Of a DNA stretch of 64,000 nt, positions 31,818 to 41,350 are shown piece after piece. The notes beneath the pieces are model-generated. The model saw only the letters and a list, made by a program, of their open reading frames with translations, ran no database searches and was not told the origin of the DNA. Every line of letters begins with the position of its first letter. The stretch's first letter is position 1. This DNA is from a virus, in the IMG/VR virus record IMGVR_UViG_3300045988_010351; one strand, given 5' to 3'. Made by a program: the position numbers and the translations under genes.

Positions 31818-32606
31818 TTAGACAGTTGCAGCAGTGCCACTAACTACTCTTGGGCAACCACATTGGTTAGCACCAACATAACCTGTGACTGTAGGAGTGT
31901 TAGGTAGGCATACTTCACCATAAATAGCCTTGCAAGTCTTTCTGTCAGTATAGTTAATACCAGCAGTAAATGCCTTGTCAATCTCACATTGGATAAGCTT
32001 ATCTTGGTAAGGTCTTACAGCAGCATTAATAGCTACCTGAGCCTTCAAATCACTTAGCTCCTTTCTAATACCATCATCTGCATCTCTCTGAGACTTATAC
32101 AGATTGAAAGCATCTTGGTTTTGCTTTGCAGACATTACATCAAAGTTGTCTCTTGTGCTCTTGTATAAACCAAAGTCAGCATCAACCTGGCCCTTCCACA
32201 AGCTAAATAGCTCTGAGTTCAAAGTCTGTCTGTCAGCAAATCTATTATTCTGATAGTTCAAAGCCTGATTATAGATAGCCCCTTGTAGAGCTAAAGCATC
32301 TTCACAGCTCTTTTCCCATGCTTGGAAAGCAGAAGGAGAAGTTATACCATTAGCTGTTCCAAGACCAGTCTCAAGACCATTAATATTAATGTTTGAGCCT
32401 CCCATACCTGAACCTGCAAGACCTAATAGTCCACTGCTTCTTCTATTACCAAATAATGCCCAAGCACCAAGGGCAGTACCTATGATACCAAGAGTAAGAC
32501 CTGCATTAGCTTTGCCATTAACATCTCTTCTACCATAACCATAGCCATAGCAGCCATCAGTAGGAACTTCCTTTACCTTTTCTACTTGCTTCTCAATTAT
32601 TTCCAT
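31818..32606 (-). CDS. Gly-rich membrane-associated protein (262 aa)
   Basis: ORF with a hydrophobic Gly-rich N-terminal half. Confidence 0.6.
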   Translation of the reverse strand: MEIIEKQVEKVKEVPTDGCYGYGYGRRDVNGKANAGLTLGIIGTALGAWALFGNRRSSGLLGLAGSGMGGSNININGLETGLGTANGITSPSAFQAWEKSCEDALALQGAIYNQALNYQNNRFADRQTLNSELFSLWKGQVDADFGLYKSTRDNFDVMSAKQNQDAFNLYKSQRDADDGIRKELSDLKAQVAINAAVRPYQDKLIQCEIDKAFTAGINYTDRKTCKAIYGEVCLPNTPTVTGYVGANQCGCPRVVSGTAATV

Positions 32607-32763
32607 AGTAGCAATTTTTGAAATTAGTTATTGTTTTATCTCTCTTATTGTAAGCTTACATGTACAAAGGTAAGTAATATTTCTCAGGATGCCTATCAAT
32701 GCTAAAGCCCCATATATCATATTGATATACAGGGCTTTTATTTAGCATTATGTTACTAGATTC

Positions 32764-32790
32764 AAAAAAAAGCAGCCTTATTTGGCTGCT
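32764..32790 (-). terminator. rho-independent terminator
   Basis: AGCAGCC / GGCTGCT hairpin overlapping the stop codon, followed on the minus strand by TTTTTTTT. Confidence 0.7.
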
Positions 32791-33119
32791 CTATCATGTT
32801 TATAGAATACACTTACTATCTTGTCATATATGTAGGTTATAAGGTAAGCATCTACCTCATCATTATCTTCTTGGGGAGTATATCCTATATATCTCCATAT
32901 AGAGTTCTTTATGTGCTCAGCTTCATGGATAATGCTACTTCCCCTCTCAGAATTGATAGCTACAAGAGATGCTCCATATTGATTTATGGTTATAGCTTTG
33001 GCTTCCTGCTCCATTTCTTCTTTGGGCAAGAATCTCCCTAACTCCTCCCACTTGTCAAATATGACTACAGTGAGTTTATAATTAAATATAGGTATTATCA
33101 TCTTCTTTTGGGTTATCAT
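32778..33119 (-). CDS. small HExxH protein (113 aa; 'IIHEAEHI'), ImmA/IrrE-like minimal metallopeptidase candidate
   Basis: HExxH motif. The gene lies adjacent to an AlpA/Xis-type helix-turn-helix (HTH) gene. Confidence 0.5.
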   Translation of the reverse strand: MITQKKMIIPIFNYKLTVVIFDKWEELGRFLPKEEMEQEAKAITINQYGASLVAINSERGSSIIHEAEHIKNSIWRYIGYTPQEDNDEVDAYLITYIYDKIVSVFYKHDRAAK

Positions 33120-33167
33120 ATTTTCTCCTCCTAAGTATTATATTATAAGTTCTCAATAGGCATATTA

Positions 33168-33500
33168 CTAAGTAAGAGAGTGCTTCTTGCTGTGCAAGAG
33201 AGTGCTATTTCTACACTTCTTGACAAACTCGTCTAACTCTTTCTTAGACCAACTTAATTCTTTGAAGCCTATATCATGCTTACCTCTTGGTAACTTTCCC
33301 TCTCTGACATAGTTATCAAAAGTTGCTCTACTGACATTCAAATATTCACAAGCTGCATACTTGCTTAATCTCTTCTCCTTATCAGTAAACCTCTTCAAAC
33401 TATCTACTATTTCAAGGGCTTCTCCCTCAGTTATATTTGAATTACCTGCATCAATATCATCTACTATCTTTAACAGTAGGTTTCTTATGACTTTTAACAT
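33168..33500 (-). CDS. AlpA/Xis-family helix-turn-helix DNA-binding protein (110 aa)
   Basis: 'LSKYAACEYLNVSRATFDNYVREGKLPRGKH...SWSKKELDEFV' matches the AlpA/excisionase-type HTH pattern. Confidence 0.6.
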   Translation of the reverse strand: MLKVIRNLLLKIVDDIDAGNSNITEGEALEIVDSLKRFTDKEKRLSKYAACEYLNVSRATFDNYVREGKLPRGKHDIGFKELSWSKKELDEFVKKCRNSTLLHSKKHSLT

Positions 33501-33858
33501 ATAAGTATAATATTATAAACAATGAGATACCTGCTATTATCATTTGCAGGCATAAGTAGTTCAGATTGCTTAGAGGCAGTATATAGTAATAGTCATAAAT
33601 ATTAATCATCCAAGTTACTACTATATAATGTAAGAACATTCTGTGATACTCACAGAATCTAAACATGTATGAAGCTAAATATAGAAATACTAATGGAATT
33701 ACAAAAATCCCTCCTATATAGCTTAACACACAAACATCCAAATTGAAATAAGACAGGATTGAATTACATAGACAGCATAATGCCAACAACATTGGTATCA
33801 TCTTGAGTAATACCAATCCTGCCTTATACAATGCTCTACTTTTTAAGCTTGCCTCCAC
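33457..33858 (-). CDS. multi-pass membrane protein (up to 133 aa; the start may be an internal Met)
   Basis: Several hydrophobic helices. The ORF overlaps the downstream gene by 44 nt. Confidence 0.5.
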   Translation of the reverse strand: MEASLKSRALYKAGLVLLKMIPMLLALCCLCNSILSYFNLDVCVLSYIGGIFVIPLVFLYLASYMFRFCEYHRMFLHYIVVTWMINIYDYYYILPLSNLNYLCLQMIIAGISLFIILYLYVKSHKKPTVKDSR

Positions 33859-33936
33859 AACTATATCTCCTATGAGTCTTAGTAACTCCTGCTTTAGGAG
33901 TCATAGGCTTTGCTCTGCCAGTTCTTCTTGCCATGA

Positions 33937-34401
33937 TTATAAAATTTTAATTGTTATTTTTTCACCTTTATCATGCCTCTCTTTAAGGAGCTTATATAAC
34001 TCTTTGAAAGTTTCTCTGCTGTTTATTACTTGACCCTTAACTTTATTGACACCTACTAACAGGCATCCTGCTGAGTCTTTATCAGTATTACCAGCATGAA
34101 TAAGTATGCCTTCAAATCCTTTTACATTAAGTAGCCTTGGCACTTTACCATTACATACCTGCTTGTAGAAACTATTAGTGCAGTACTTAGGAGAAATTAC
34201 ATCTAAAGTAATCTCATAAGTACCTCTTGGTATAGCTGTAATTGAGGGCTTCTTCAGCTCCCTAATCTTAGCTATGCTCATAGAACTGTCAAGCCCTCTA
34301 TCAGCATCTTCAAGCACATTACAGAACCATTTTCCATCAATAGTAAGATTACTTATTGTATAGGTCGGTTTCTTATATTTTCTATCTATGACTATTTTCA
34401 T
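33937..34401 (-). CDS. L,D-transpeptidase (YkuD)-like catalytic-domain protein (154 aa)
   Basis: 'GILIHAGNTDKDSAGCLLVG' fits the YkuD His...Ser-x-Gly-Cys active-site pattern. Confidence 0.5.
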   Translation of the reverse strand: MKIVIDRKYKKPTYTISNLTIDGKWFCNVLEDADRGLDSSMSIAKIRELKKPSITAIPRGTYEITLDVISPKYCTNSFYKQVCNGKVPRLLNVKGFEGILIHAGNTDKDSAGCLLVGVNKVKGQVINSRETFKELYKLLKERHDKGEKITIKIL

Positions 34402-34403
34402 AT

Positions 34404-34838
34404 CTAAGATTCTATAATATTAGCAGTAATCGAAGCTCCTATTTCAAAGTGAGGTAATGGAATAAGGAACTTTGTGTCATAACTAACTTTTGCAAAAGTT
34501 GAAAACACTTTATTATCATAACATATTGTAAAATTAATGGTAAAAGTCTCTGATTTAGAAAGAGCAGTCTTTTCTATAAGTCCCCTAATTACAGTAGTTT
34601 TTCCACTCTGAATAATATTAAGATTAGCTACTAATGGTCTATCTATTTCAATATTTACTTTTCTAGTTCCTATGGAATCAGTTAAGTTGACTAGTAATTG
34701 CTGACCACTATTCTTTATAAAAGTTATAGGAACTAAGTCTACTGATTTATTTAGCAATAGAATCTCATCATTCCTAACTAAATTGGGGTCTCCCTCTACA
34801 ATTCTTCTTTTCCCTATTGTCTTTACTATCCTTTTCAT
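34404..34838 (-). CDS. hypothetical protein (144 aa)
   Basis: ORF. Confidence 0.55.
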   Translation of the reverse strand: MKRIVKTIGKRRIVEGDPNLVRNDEILLLNKSVDLVPITFIKNSGQQLLVNLTDSIGTRKVNIEIDRPLVANLNIIQSGKTTVIRGLIEKTALSKSETFTINFTICYDNKVFSTFAKVSYDTKFLIPLPHFEIGASITANIIES

Positions 34839-34842
34839 TTAT

Positions 34843-35163
34843 TTAATCCTCTAAATTTTTACTTATTCTGTGCATACAAGTTAAATCTGTACATATTGTA
34901 CTAAGCATTGCTGTAACTTGTCTACGAAGATCTGAAACTTCTTTTTCTAATTGTTTGTTTCTATCCAAAACATCTTCTAATCTTCTTTTGTTATCTTCAC
35001 TTAATTCTTTATAAAAATTAAGTGATTCTTTCATATTATCTAACAATGCTCCATCAACTTCTGCATTATATTTCTTTTTAGTAAAAAACCAAGTAGTCCA
35101 ACTTGAAATTATGCTTGTCAATATTCCAACACCTCCAGTGATTAGTAAACTAAAATCAATCAT
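34843..35163 (-). CDS. N-terminal transmembrane (TM) plus coiled-coil protein (106 aa), i-spanin-like
   Basis: An N-terminal TM helix is followed by a periplasmic coiled coil. The gene overlaps the neighbouring lipoprotein gene by 8 nt. Confidence 0.5.
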   Translation of the reverse strand: MIDFSLLITGGVGILTSIISSWTTWFFTKKKYNAEVDGALLDNMKESLNFYKELSEDNKRRLEDVLDRNKQLEKEVSDLRRQVTAMLSTICTDLTCMHRISKNLED

Positions 35164-35563
35164 TTTTTCTTAATTTATGAATTACAAACCCTAAAATAAG
35201 AAAAGTCCATAACCCCCCTAACCACATTAGTAGTTTTTGCCACTTATAAATATGATTTACTTCTACTTTCTTTTCTATTGTGGTAGACACTATCTTAGGA
35301 ATAGTATCTACTTTTAATATAGTATCTACTTTATTTATATATTTATATTTTGTATAATATTTAGTAATAAGTAGAGTATCACCCTTTTGCCATCTATCTA
35401 TACTATCTTTAATATATACACTATCTATTTTGGTGTTATGTATATACTCTTTCTTTATAACTTCTACAGGAACTTCTACAATCTTTGTAGTAGTCTTACA
35501 AGCTGAAAGCATTAAGATAGATATTATTATGTATATTAAGTTTTTCACGTTACAAAAATACAC
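35156..35563 (-). CDS. lipoprotein with a C-terminal TM helix (135 aa), u-spanin-like
   Basis: Lipobox 'LMLSAC' after a signal peptide. The C-terminus carries a hydrophobic helix 'LLMWLGGLWTFLILGFVI'. Confidence 0.5.
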   Translation of the reverse strand: MYFCNVKNLIYIIISILMLSACKTTTKIVEVPVEVIKKEYIHNTKIDSVYIKDSIDRWQKGDTLLITKYYTKYKYINKVDTILKVDTIPKIVSTTIEKKVEVNHIYKWQKLLMWLGGLWTFLILGFVIHKLRKND

Positions 35564-35666
35564 AAAAATTTCATTTTATCAAAGTCACTTTTAACTCAAA
35601 AGTGCTAATGGAATCTCTCCAAATCAATAAGATAGGAGAGATTCCTTAGCATAGTTTTATTTTAAC

Positions 35667-36545
35667 TTATGAAATATGACTAACTAAATATTTCATACAT
35701 TGATCATATTCTTCAATATATGTTTGTTTTTCTTCTTTAGTTACTTGTATTTTATTCATAGCTTTAAGATACTCAACAAATTGACCTAAACCAAATATTG
35801 TTTTATAAGGTTCTGGCTTATCTTTGAACCATTCAATTAATTCAGCACAACATAAAGCACAGAATAAATTATGCTTCCATCTAGAAGAAACATGACAAAG
35901 AGAAGTATTTCTTTGTAAGTAATTATAGCCAGCTTCATTTACATAAGCTACTTTATTTGCATTATAAAGAAGCTTCATTATAACAGGAGTATCTTCAACA
36001 TATCTTCTATCACAATATTCAACTGTATCATACATAGTACTTCTTACAATCTTATTGTTCAAGAAAACCACTTTACCATCATTATAATCAGCAAACTTTT
36101 GAAATCCTTCACTTACAGTTGTACCAAAAGTGTTAGTTTCAAACTTATCAGTATCTTCATAACAATAAGTAATTCCTCCTCCTACTATATCTGCATCAGT
36201 TTCTTTTTGTCTATCAACAAGATGTTCAATATAATCTTTATTAAGCCAATCATCAGCATCAAGTAACATTATAAAATCACCAGTAGAAGCTTTAATACCA
36301 TCTCTCCTTGATAATCCTGCACCAACATTTTCTTTATGTTGTACAAGATTAATAGGGAATGCTAAATCAGATTTCTGTAAACCTTTAATGAATTTAAGTG
36401 TATTATCTGTTGAACAATCTTCTACTACAACAATTTCAATATTCTTATATGTTTGGTTTAATACTGAATTAATTGCTTTTTTAATATACTTCTCTACATT
36501 ATATGCTGTAATTACAACACTTACTTTAATATTCTTCTCTTCCAT
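35667..36545 (-). CDS. glycosyltransferase family 2 (292 aa)
   Basis: N-terminal 'VVITAYNVEKYIKKAINSVLNQTYKNIEIVVVEDCSTDNT' and a DxD motif 'LLDADDWL'. Confidence 0.8.
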   Translation of the reverse strand: MEEKNIKVSVVITAYNVEKYIKKAINSVLNQTYKNIEIVVVEDCSTDNTLKFIKGLQKSDLAFPINLVQHKENVGAGLSRRDGIKASTGDFIMLLDADDWLNKDYIEHLVDRQKETDADIVGGGITYCYEDTDKFETNTFGTTVSEGFQKFADYNDGKVVFLNNKIVRSTMYDTVEYCDRRYVEDTPVIMKLLYNANKVAYVNEAGYNYLQRNTSLCHVSSRWKHNLFCALCCAELIEWFKDKPEPYKTIFGLGQFVEYLKAMNKIQVTKEEKQTYIEEYDQCMKYLVSHIS

Positions 36546-36568
36546 TATATTTTAATTTACTTATTGTT

Positions 36569-37741
36569 TTATTGTGCTTTAAGTTTTGCGTCAATTAGGA
36601 AGTTGATATAATCATTAAAAGATGGATCTTCAATTAACCACTCTTTTATCACATCTCCTCTAATAATTAATCCTCCACTTATACTGCTATCCTCAGATGG
36701 TATTCTTTCAATTGCAGGTACATAATTAACACCAGTAAATGCGCTAGGTTCTCCTGTCGCTATTGCAACAAAAAGAAAACCATCATTATCTATAGATAAT
36801 CCCGAGACTCTGCATCTATTAAAGTCCGCAGTACTAACATTTAGTTCAGAAGAACTAAGTTTCAAACTTAATGCTGGTTCAGCACCGAAATCTGAATCTG
36901 CCCAAATACCTCCACGACAGTTAATTGCAAAATGTTTAATTGGTTCAGCAGCGGAAAATTCCAAATGTCTACCTACCTCTGCTACAGTTGCAGTAGCAAG
37001 TCTTAAATCTAGTGAATTGCCATTAATCCAAAGACCGTTTGAGTTATTAACATCTAAATAAACACCCTTAAGAGGACATTCAGTACTCTCAATATATAAT
37101 GTATCATCATTTAGTTTGGTAAAGTGTTTCGTAGCTAATTGCAACTTAATTACACCATTATCATCTGCCATTATACCTGTATCTGAACCTAATGCTATTC
37201 CAAAAGAACTAATAGGTATATTATTTTTAGTTTTATAACTAAGTATAGAACCATTTACAGTTGGAGCAACCGATGTACCCATTTCCATAGTACCGCCTAA
37301 AGCATCCCATTTTATCATTGGTGCACTTCCGTATTCTGCTGTTACACAAACAACATTTGTATAAGCTGGGTATGTTACATCTTCTAAAGTAAAATTACTT
37401 TTTATGTTCCAGACATCTCCTACAGATACATCACGTAATGCCCCAGTAGGAAGGTCATCAAATGTATCAACAGAGCCTTTATATTTGAAAAGTTTAGTTA
37501 CATCTGTAATAGCATCTAATTTACTAATATCATTATTACTAACACCTTGGATTCTATTACCATTTATAATAAGTGTATTTCTATCATTATCTGTAGTTGC
37601 AGTAACACCATCAAGTGCTTTTCCATCTTTTTGTGCTAAATAAAACTTAGCTTGGTTACCCTCTTTTACACTTTCTGCTAAAGCTGTAGCATAATCTTTA
37701 CTTGCTACTACTCTAAATTGTTTTCCTACAATATTTCCCAT
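36569..37741 (-). CDS. structural protein candidate (390 aa)
   Basis: ORF in the portal-proximal module. Confidence 0.65.
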   Translation of the reverse strand: MGNIVGKQFRVVASKDYATALAESVKEGNQAKFYLAQKDGKALDGVTATTDNDRNTLIINGNRIQGVSNNDISKLDAITDVTKLFKYKGSVDTFDDLPTGALRDVSVGDVWNIKSNFTLEDVTYPAYTNVVCVTAEYGSAPMIKWDALGGTMEMGTSVAPTVNGSILSYKTKNNIPISSFGIALGSDTGIMADDNGVIKLQLATKHFTKLNDDTLYIESTECPLKGVYLDVNNSNGLWINGNSLDLRLATATVAEVGRHLEFSAAEPIKHFAINCRGGIWADSDFGAEPALSLKLSSSELNVSTADFNRCRVSGLSIDNDGFLFVAIATGEPSAFTGVNYVPAIERIPSEDSSISGGLIIRGDVIKEWLIEDPSFNDYINFLIDAKLKAQ

Positions 37742-37742
37742 G

Positions 37743-38219
37743 TTATTCTGCTGTTAATTGATTTATTAATTGTTGTACTTTCTTTTCTAATTCTTCTACA
37801 CGTTTCTCTAAACCTTTTATATATGGAGTAAAATCATATAAATCTACCCATAAATCTTCATTACTAAATTGTGATAAATCATCCCTAAATTGATATATTC
37901 TCCAATTATTTTCATTGTCTGAAAAAGTAATAACTAAACCTTCTTTTCTCTGTATAACAGGTACTGTTTGAATAGCTTCTACTAAAGTAATATTACTCTT
38001 ATTATAGGTATCAGTGATATTAATAAAAGATTCTTTTTTCCATAAAGATATTTGGTCTAGAAACTCTCTAACATTAATTTGTTTATTCTCACCATCTTGA
38101 ATTATAGCCAGAGTATCATCAACTTTAACACCGTTGGTTTCAGGAAATTCACTGTCCTTAATGCCTCTGGCAAGTAATCCTTGGTATATTTTGTCTATAT
38201 CTTCTCTAGTAAAAAACAT
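37743..38219 (-). CDS. hypothetical protein (158 aa)
   Basis: ORF, 1-nt spacing. Confidence 0.65.
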   Translation of the reverse strand: MFFTREDIDKIYQGLLARGIKDSEFPETNGVKVDDTLAIIQDGENKQINVREFLDQISLWKKESFINITDTYNKSNITLVEAIQTVPVIQRKEGLVITFSDNENNWRIYQFRDDLSQFSNEDLWVDLYDFTPYIKGLEKRVEELEKKVQQLINQLTAE

Positions 38220-38223
38220 AATA

Positions 38224-38841
38224 TTACAATTGTATTAAACCACAACTCCTAAACTGGTCTAATAATGTATTAACTACTCCTACTACTTGTGCAGTAGTAG
38301 CACTTTCAGCGAGATTAACTATATTAGTAATAGCCTTAACTCCGCCTAATGAAGTTTTAGTAGCTTTAGATAAAGTATATTCTCCTAAAGTAAATTCACT
38401 TAATTTAGTGACTTCACCATCAGCAGCTATAGAATATTTAACTGCATGGCCTTCATCAGTTATGATAAGTGCATTACCTCCTGTAGTAGGTAGCCAAGAA
38501 GCAGTACCATATCCATAATTTATATCAGTAAAGAAAGTATGGTCATTACTTTGTATAGTTTTTAACTTACTAAGATTAGCCTCTTTTATACTCTCTGAAT
38601 TACCTATTGCTAGTTCAACTACACCTTGTTCAGAACCAAATATTGATAAATCCTTTTTTATCTGTCCTACCTCTTTATCTAGACTATCTACTTTTTCTTC
38701 AAGTTCCTGTCTATCTTCAGAAGTAGCATTTAAGGGAGTCCATCCTTTATTTCCATATACTTTTAGCTCACCATTATTAAGCCATAGGTTTTGAATATTA
38801 GGAGCTTTATTATCTTCTATAATATCTCTAAATCTTCTCAT
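38224..38841 (-). CDS. hypothetical structural protein (205 aa)
   Basis: ORF overlapping the portal gene by 4 nt (ATGA). Confidence 0.65.
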   Translation of the reverse strand: MRRFRDIIEDNKAPNIQNLWLNNGELKVYGNKGWTPLNATSEDRQELEEKVDSLDKEVGQIKKDLSIFGSEQGVVELAIGNSESIKEANLSKLKTIQSNDHTFFTDINYGYGTASWLPTTGGNALIITDEGHAVKYSIAADGEVTKLSEFTLGEYTLSKATKTSLGGVKAITNIVNLAESATTAQVVGVVNTLLDQFRSCGLIQL

Positions 38842-41261
38842 TTACCTGATTTTTGAGTTGTTTTATTTATCTGCTTTTCTTTAAGTCTTGCATCAGACTT
38901 TGCCTTATCCTTATCAAACTCTAGCCTTTCTCTATCAAGTTTGAGTCTTTCATCAAATTGCCTCATTGACTCTAGTAGCTTATCCTTAGCTTCTTGTGAG
39001 TACTCAGGTTCTACTATACCATCATCTTCATTTTGTTTAGCATAGGCATTCATTTGTGCAATAAGAATCTTAGTCTCATTATCTCTTTGATTAAGAGTAT
39101 CTTCTTGCTGCATCTTAGCTTGCTCCATCTGAGTCTTCTGTTCTATCTCTTGTTGCTGTACCTGCAATTGCTGTTGCTGAGCTTGAGCCTGTCTTTCTTG
39201 AATATTTTTTTCATCTTTTTCAACAAGTCTTTGCTTCTCAGCAAGTGAAGATGAACTAAATAACTTCATAATAGTTGAGAATGATAGAGTTTGATTCTGT
39301 AGAGCTGCTTGAGCTAAAGTATCTAGCTTTTGGTTAAGTTCTTGGACACCATTACTGCTATCTACTACAAGGCCATAATCAGCCTCTGCAAATTCATCAC
39401 CATCTATATCCATAACTCTCATTGAATTATCAGACAAAATATATTGAAACTTCAGGCTTCTGCCTCTTAATGCTATCTTAGCAGTCTCAAGCAAGCACTC
39501 TAATGCCCTCTTCTTAACATCTTCATGTACTACAAATAACCACTCTGTAATATGAGAAGACTGCATCATACTCCTCTCTACTCCACCTACTGTCTCTCTA
39601 TTACTTACTTGACCTTCTCTCTGTTTGGTAATACCAGCAACTTCTGACATTTCCATCTTGATAAACTCAAGAAGATTAATGTATTGCTGTATCTGATTAC
39701 CATCAGAAGCTGCAATTACACCAGTGGAAGCATTGTTTAATGCACCTGCAAGTTTACCTGTAGCTGCACCTACATTACCTTCATTGAAGCTGTCTTCTAC
39801 TGCAAGACCCATAGTCTTTGCATAGTATAACCATTTTTCTACATCCCATCCCTTAGGTTTCTTGGCAACATCTAATCTCACCAATGAACCCCAATTTCTT
39901 GCTATCAGCTTGTTTAGCCTATCATGTATTGCATCATACAAATAGTTATATGGCTTCATCATATCCACCAAGCTGAATGGTCTATTGTCATTAAGGTTGT
40001 AAATAGAGCCTATAATTCCAAAGTGACATCTTGAAGGGTTACTCAGTCTGTTATATTGAACTACTCTTGGTCTCATATTGACATAAATATCAGTACCAAT
40101 CTTAGTTCCTTCCCATGCTTCATTGATGTAGAATATCTGTTCCTCTTCTCCAGCATCCTTATTTATTACATAAGTCTCTGGGTAAAAGTTAAATACTTCT
40201 TCACCTGTTTGAGGGTCATAACTTCTTACCTTCTTAATCTTTCTCCTTGACTTCCAATATACTCTAAGTACTCTCAAGTTTCCTGCAACATCATAAGGTA
40301 GAAGTGAGTTATTAACTCCATCATATCCTCCTAATGGGTCCCAAAAGAGTCCATCTGTACTTATTTCATCTCCTATCATGTGGTTATTGACAAAGCCATA
40401 TCTTTCATCTATGTTATCCATAGAGTCTGTAGCAGCTTGACCTACATGGTCAGGCATCTTCTCTATGTACTCCATGTCTTTCTTTGTCAATACATCATAA
40501 TAGGTATCAATAACCTTGCCTGGACTCCAATAATCTTCAAGGATTATCATATCTGCATCCTCAATCTTATTGCTATATCCTGACTTAAAGATTCTTACCT
40601 TGAGTGGATTTAGTCTCTCAATAGTAGGCTCACCTCCTACAATATCACATTGATAAATCTCTTCACCAACTGCCATTGCATCCATGAAGCCTTGGTTGAA
40701 TATTAAAGGAATATTCAACTCCTTTACATAGTGGTTAAGGAGGGCATTAGCCCTAATTTCCCTCATGTCCTGCCACTCATAACTGTAATAGTCATTTATC
40801 TTTTCAAGCTCCTGATTGGCCTCTTCCTCTGACTGAGAAGTATTAGATACCCACTCTTGTAGCTTCTGTAGTAATTCTTGCTTCTTGTTATTCTCTATCT
40901 CTGTAATAGCATTAGGGTTAGTAACTACTACTTTGAAGTCAAAGATTCTTTTACTTTCCTCACCTCTAAGCACATTCAACTTACTATTCATAATAGGATA
41001 GTGTTGAATCCTATCAGGTATGAAACCTGCCTGTAACTTTTCAGGATTCAGTATCATCTCAAGGTCACTCATGTGGAGTTTACCATTGAGCAAGTCATAG
41101 TTAATTTTCTTATGTATTACAGATTTTCTAACTAAGCTATAATTGAAGAAGGTCTTACTGTCTGCCCAATCCAAGTGCTTCTTCCTCCAAGCTTTATTTT
41201 TCTTACTGAAGGGAAGTTGCTGTGGAGGCAAGTTTATCATTTCATATCCCATATACTTCAA
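38838..41261 (-). CDS. portal protein candidate (807 aa)
   Basis: ~800-aa ORF immediately downstream of the large terminase gene, with a Q/E-rich C-terminal tail. Confidence 0.6.
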   Translation of the reverse strand: MKYMGYEMINLPPQQLPFSKKNKAWRKKHLDWADSKTFFNYSLVRKSVIHKKINYDLLNGKLHMSDLEMILNPEKLQAGFIPDRIQHYPIMNSKLNVLRGEESKRIFDFKVVVTNPNAITEIENNKKQELLQKLQEWVSNTSQSEEEANQELEKINDYYSYEWQDMREIRANALLNHYVKELNIPLIFNQGFMDAMAVGEEIYQCDIVGGEPTIERLNPLKVRIFKSGYSNKIEDADMIILEDYWSPGKVIDTYYDVLTKKDMEYIEKMPDHVGQAATDSMDNIDERYGFVNNHMIGDEISTDGLFWDPLGGYDGVNNSLLPYDVAGNLRVLRVYWKSRRKIKKVRSYDPQTGEEVFNFYPETYVINKDAGEEEQIFYINEAWEGTKIGTDIYVNMRPRVVQYNRLSNPSRCHFGIIGSIYNLNDNRPFSLVDMMKPYNYLYDAIHDRLNKLIARNWGSLVRLDVAKKPKGWDVEKWLYYAKTMGLAVEDSFNEGNVGAATGKLAGALNNASTGVIAASDGNQIQQYINLLEFIKMEMSEVAGITKQREGQVSNRETVGGVERSMMQSSHITEWLFVVHEDVKKRALECLLETAKIALRGRSLKFQYILSDNSMRVMDIDGDEFAEADYGLVVDSSNGVQELNQKLDTLAQAALQNQTLSFSTIMKLFSSSSLAEKQRLVEKDEKNIQERQAQAQQQQLQVQQQEIEQKTQMEQAKMQQEDTLNQRDNETKILIAQMNAYAKQNEDDGIVEPEYSQEAKDKLLESMRQFDERLKLDRERLEFDKDKAKSDARLKEKQINKTTQKSGK

Positions 41262-41350
41262 TTTAATTACTATGCAAAGGTAAGTAAAATCCTTGACCTA
41301 TGCAAGTATATAAGTAATTTATTAGCCATTAGCTTTCATTTTTACTAAAT

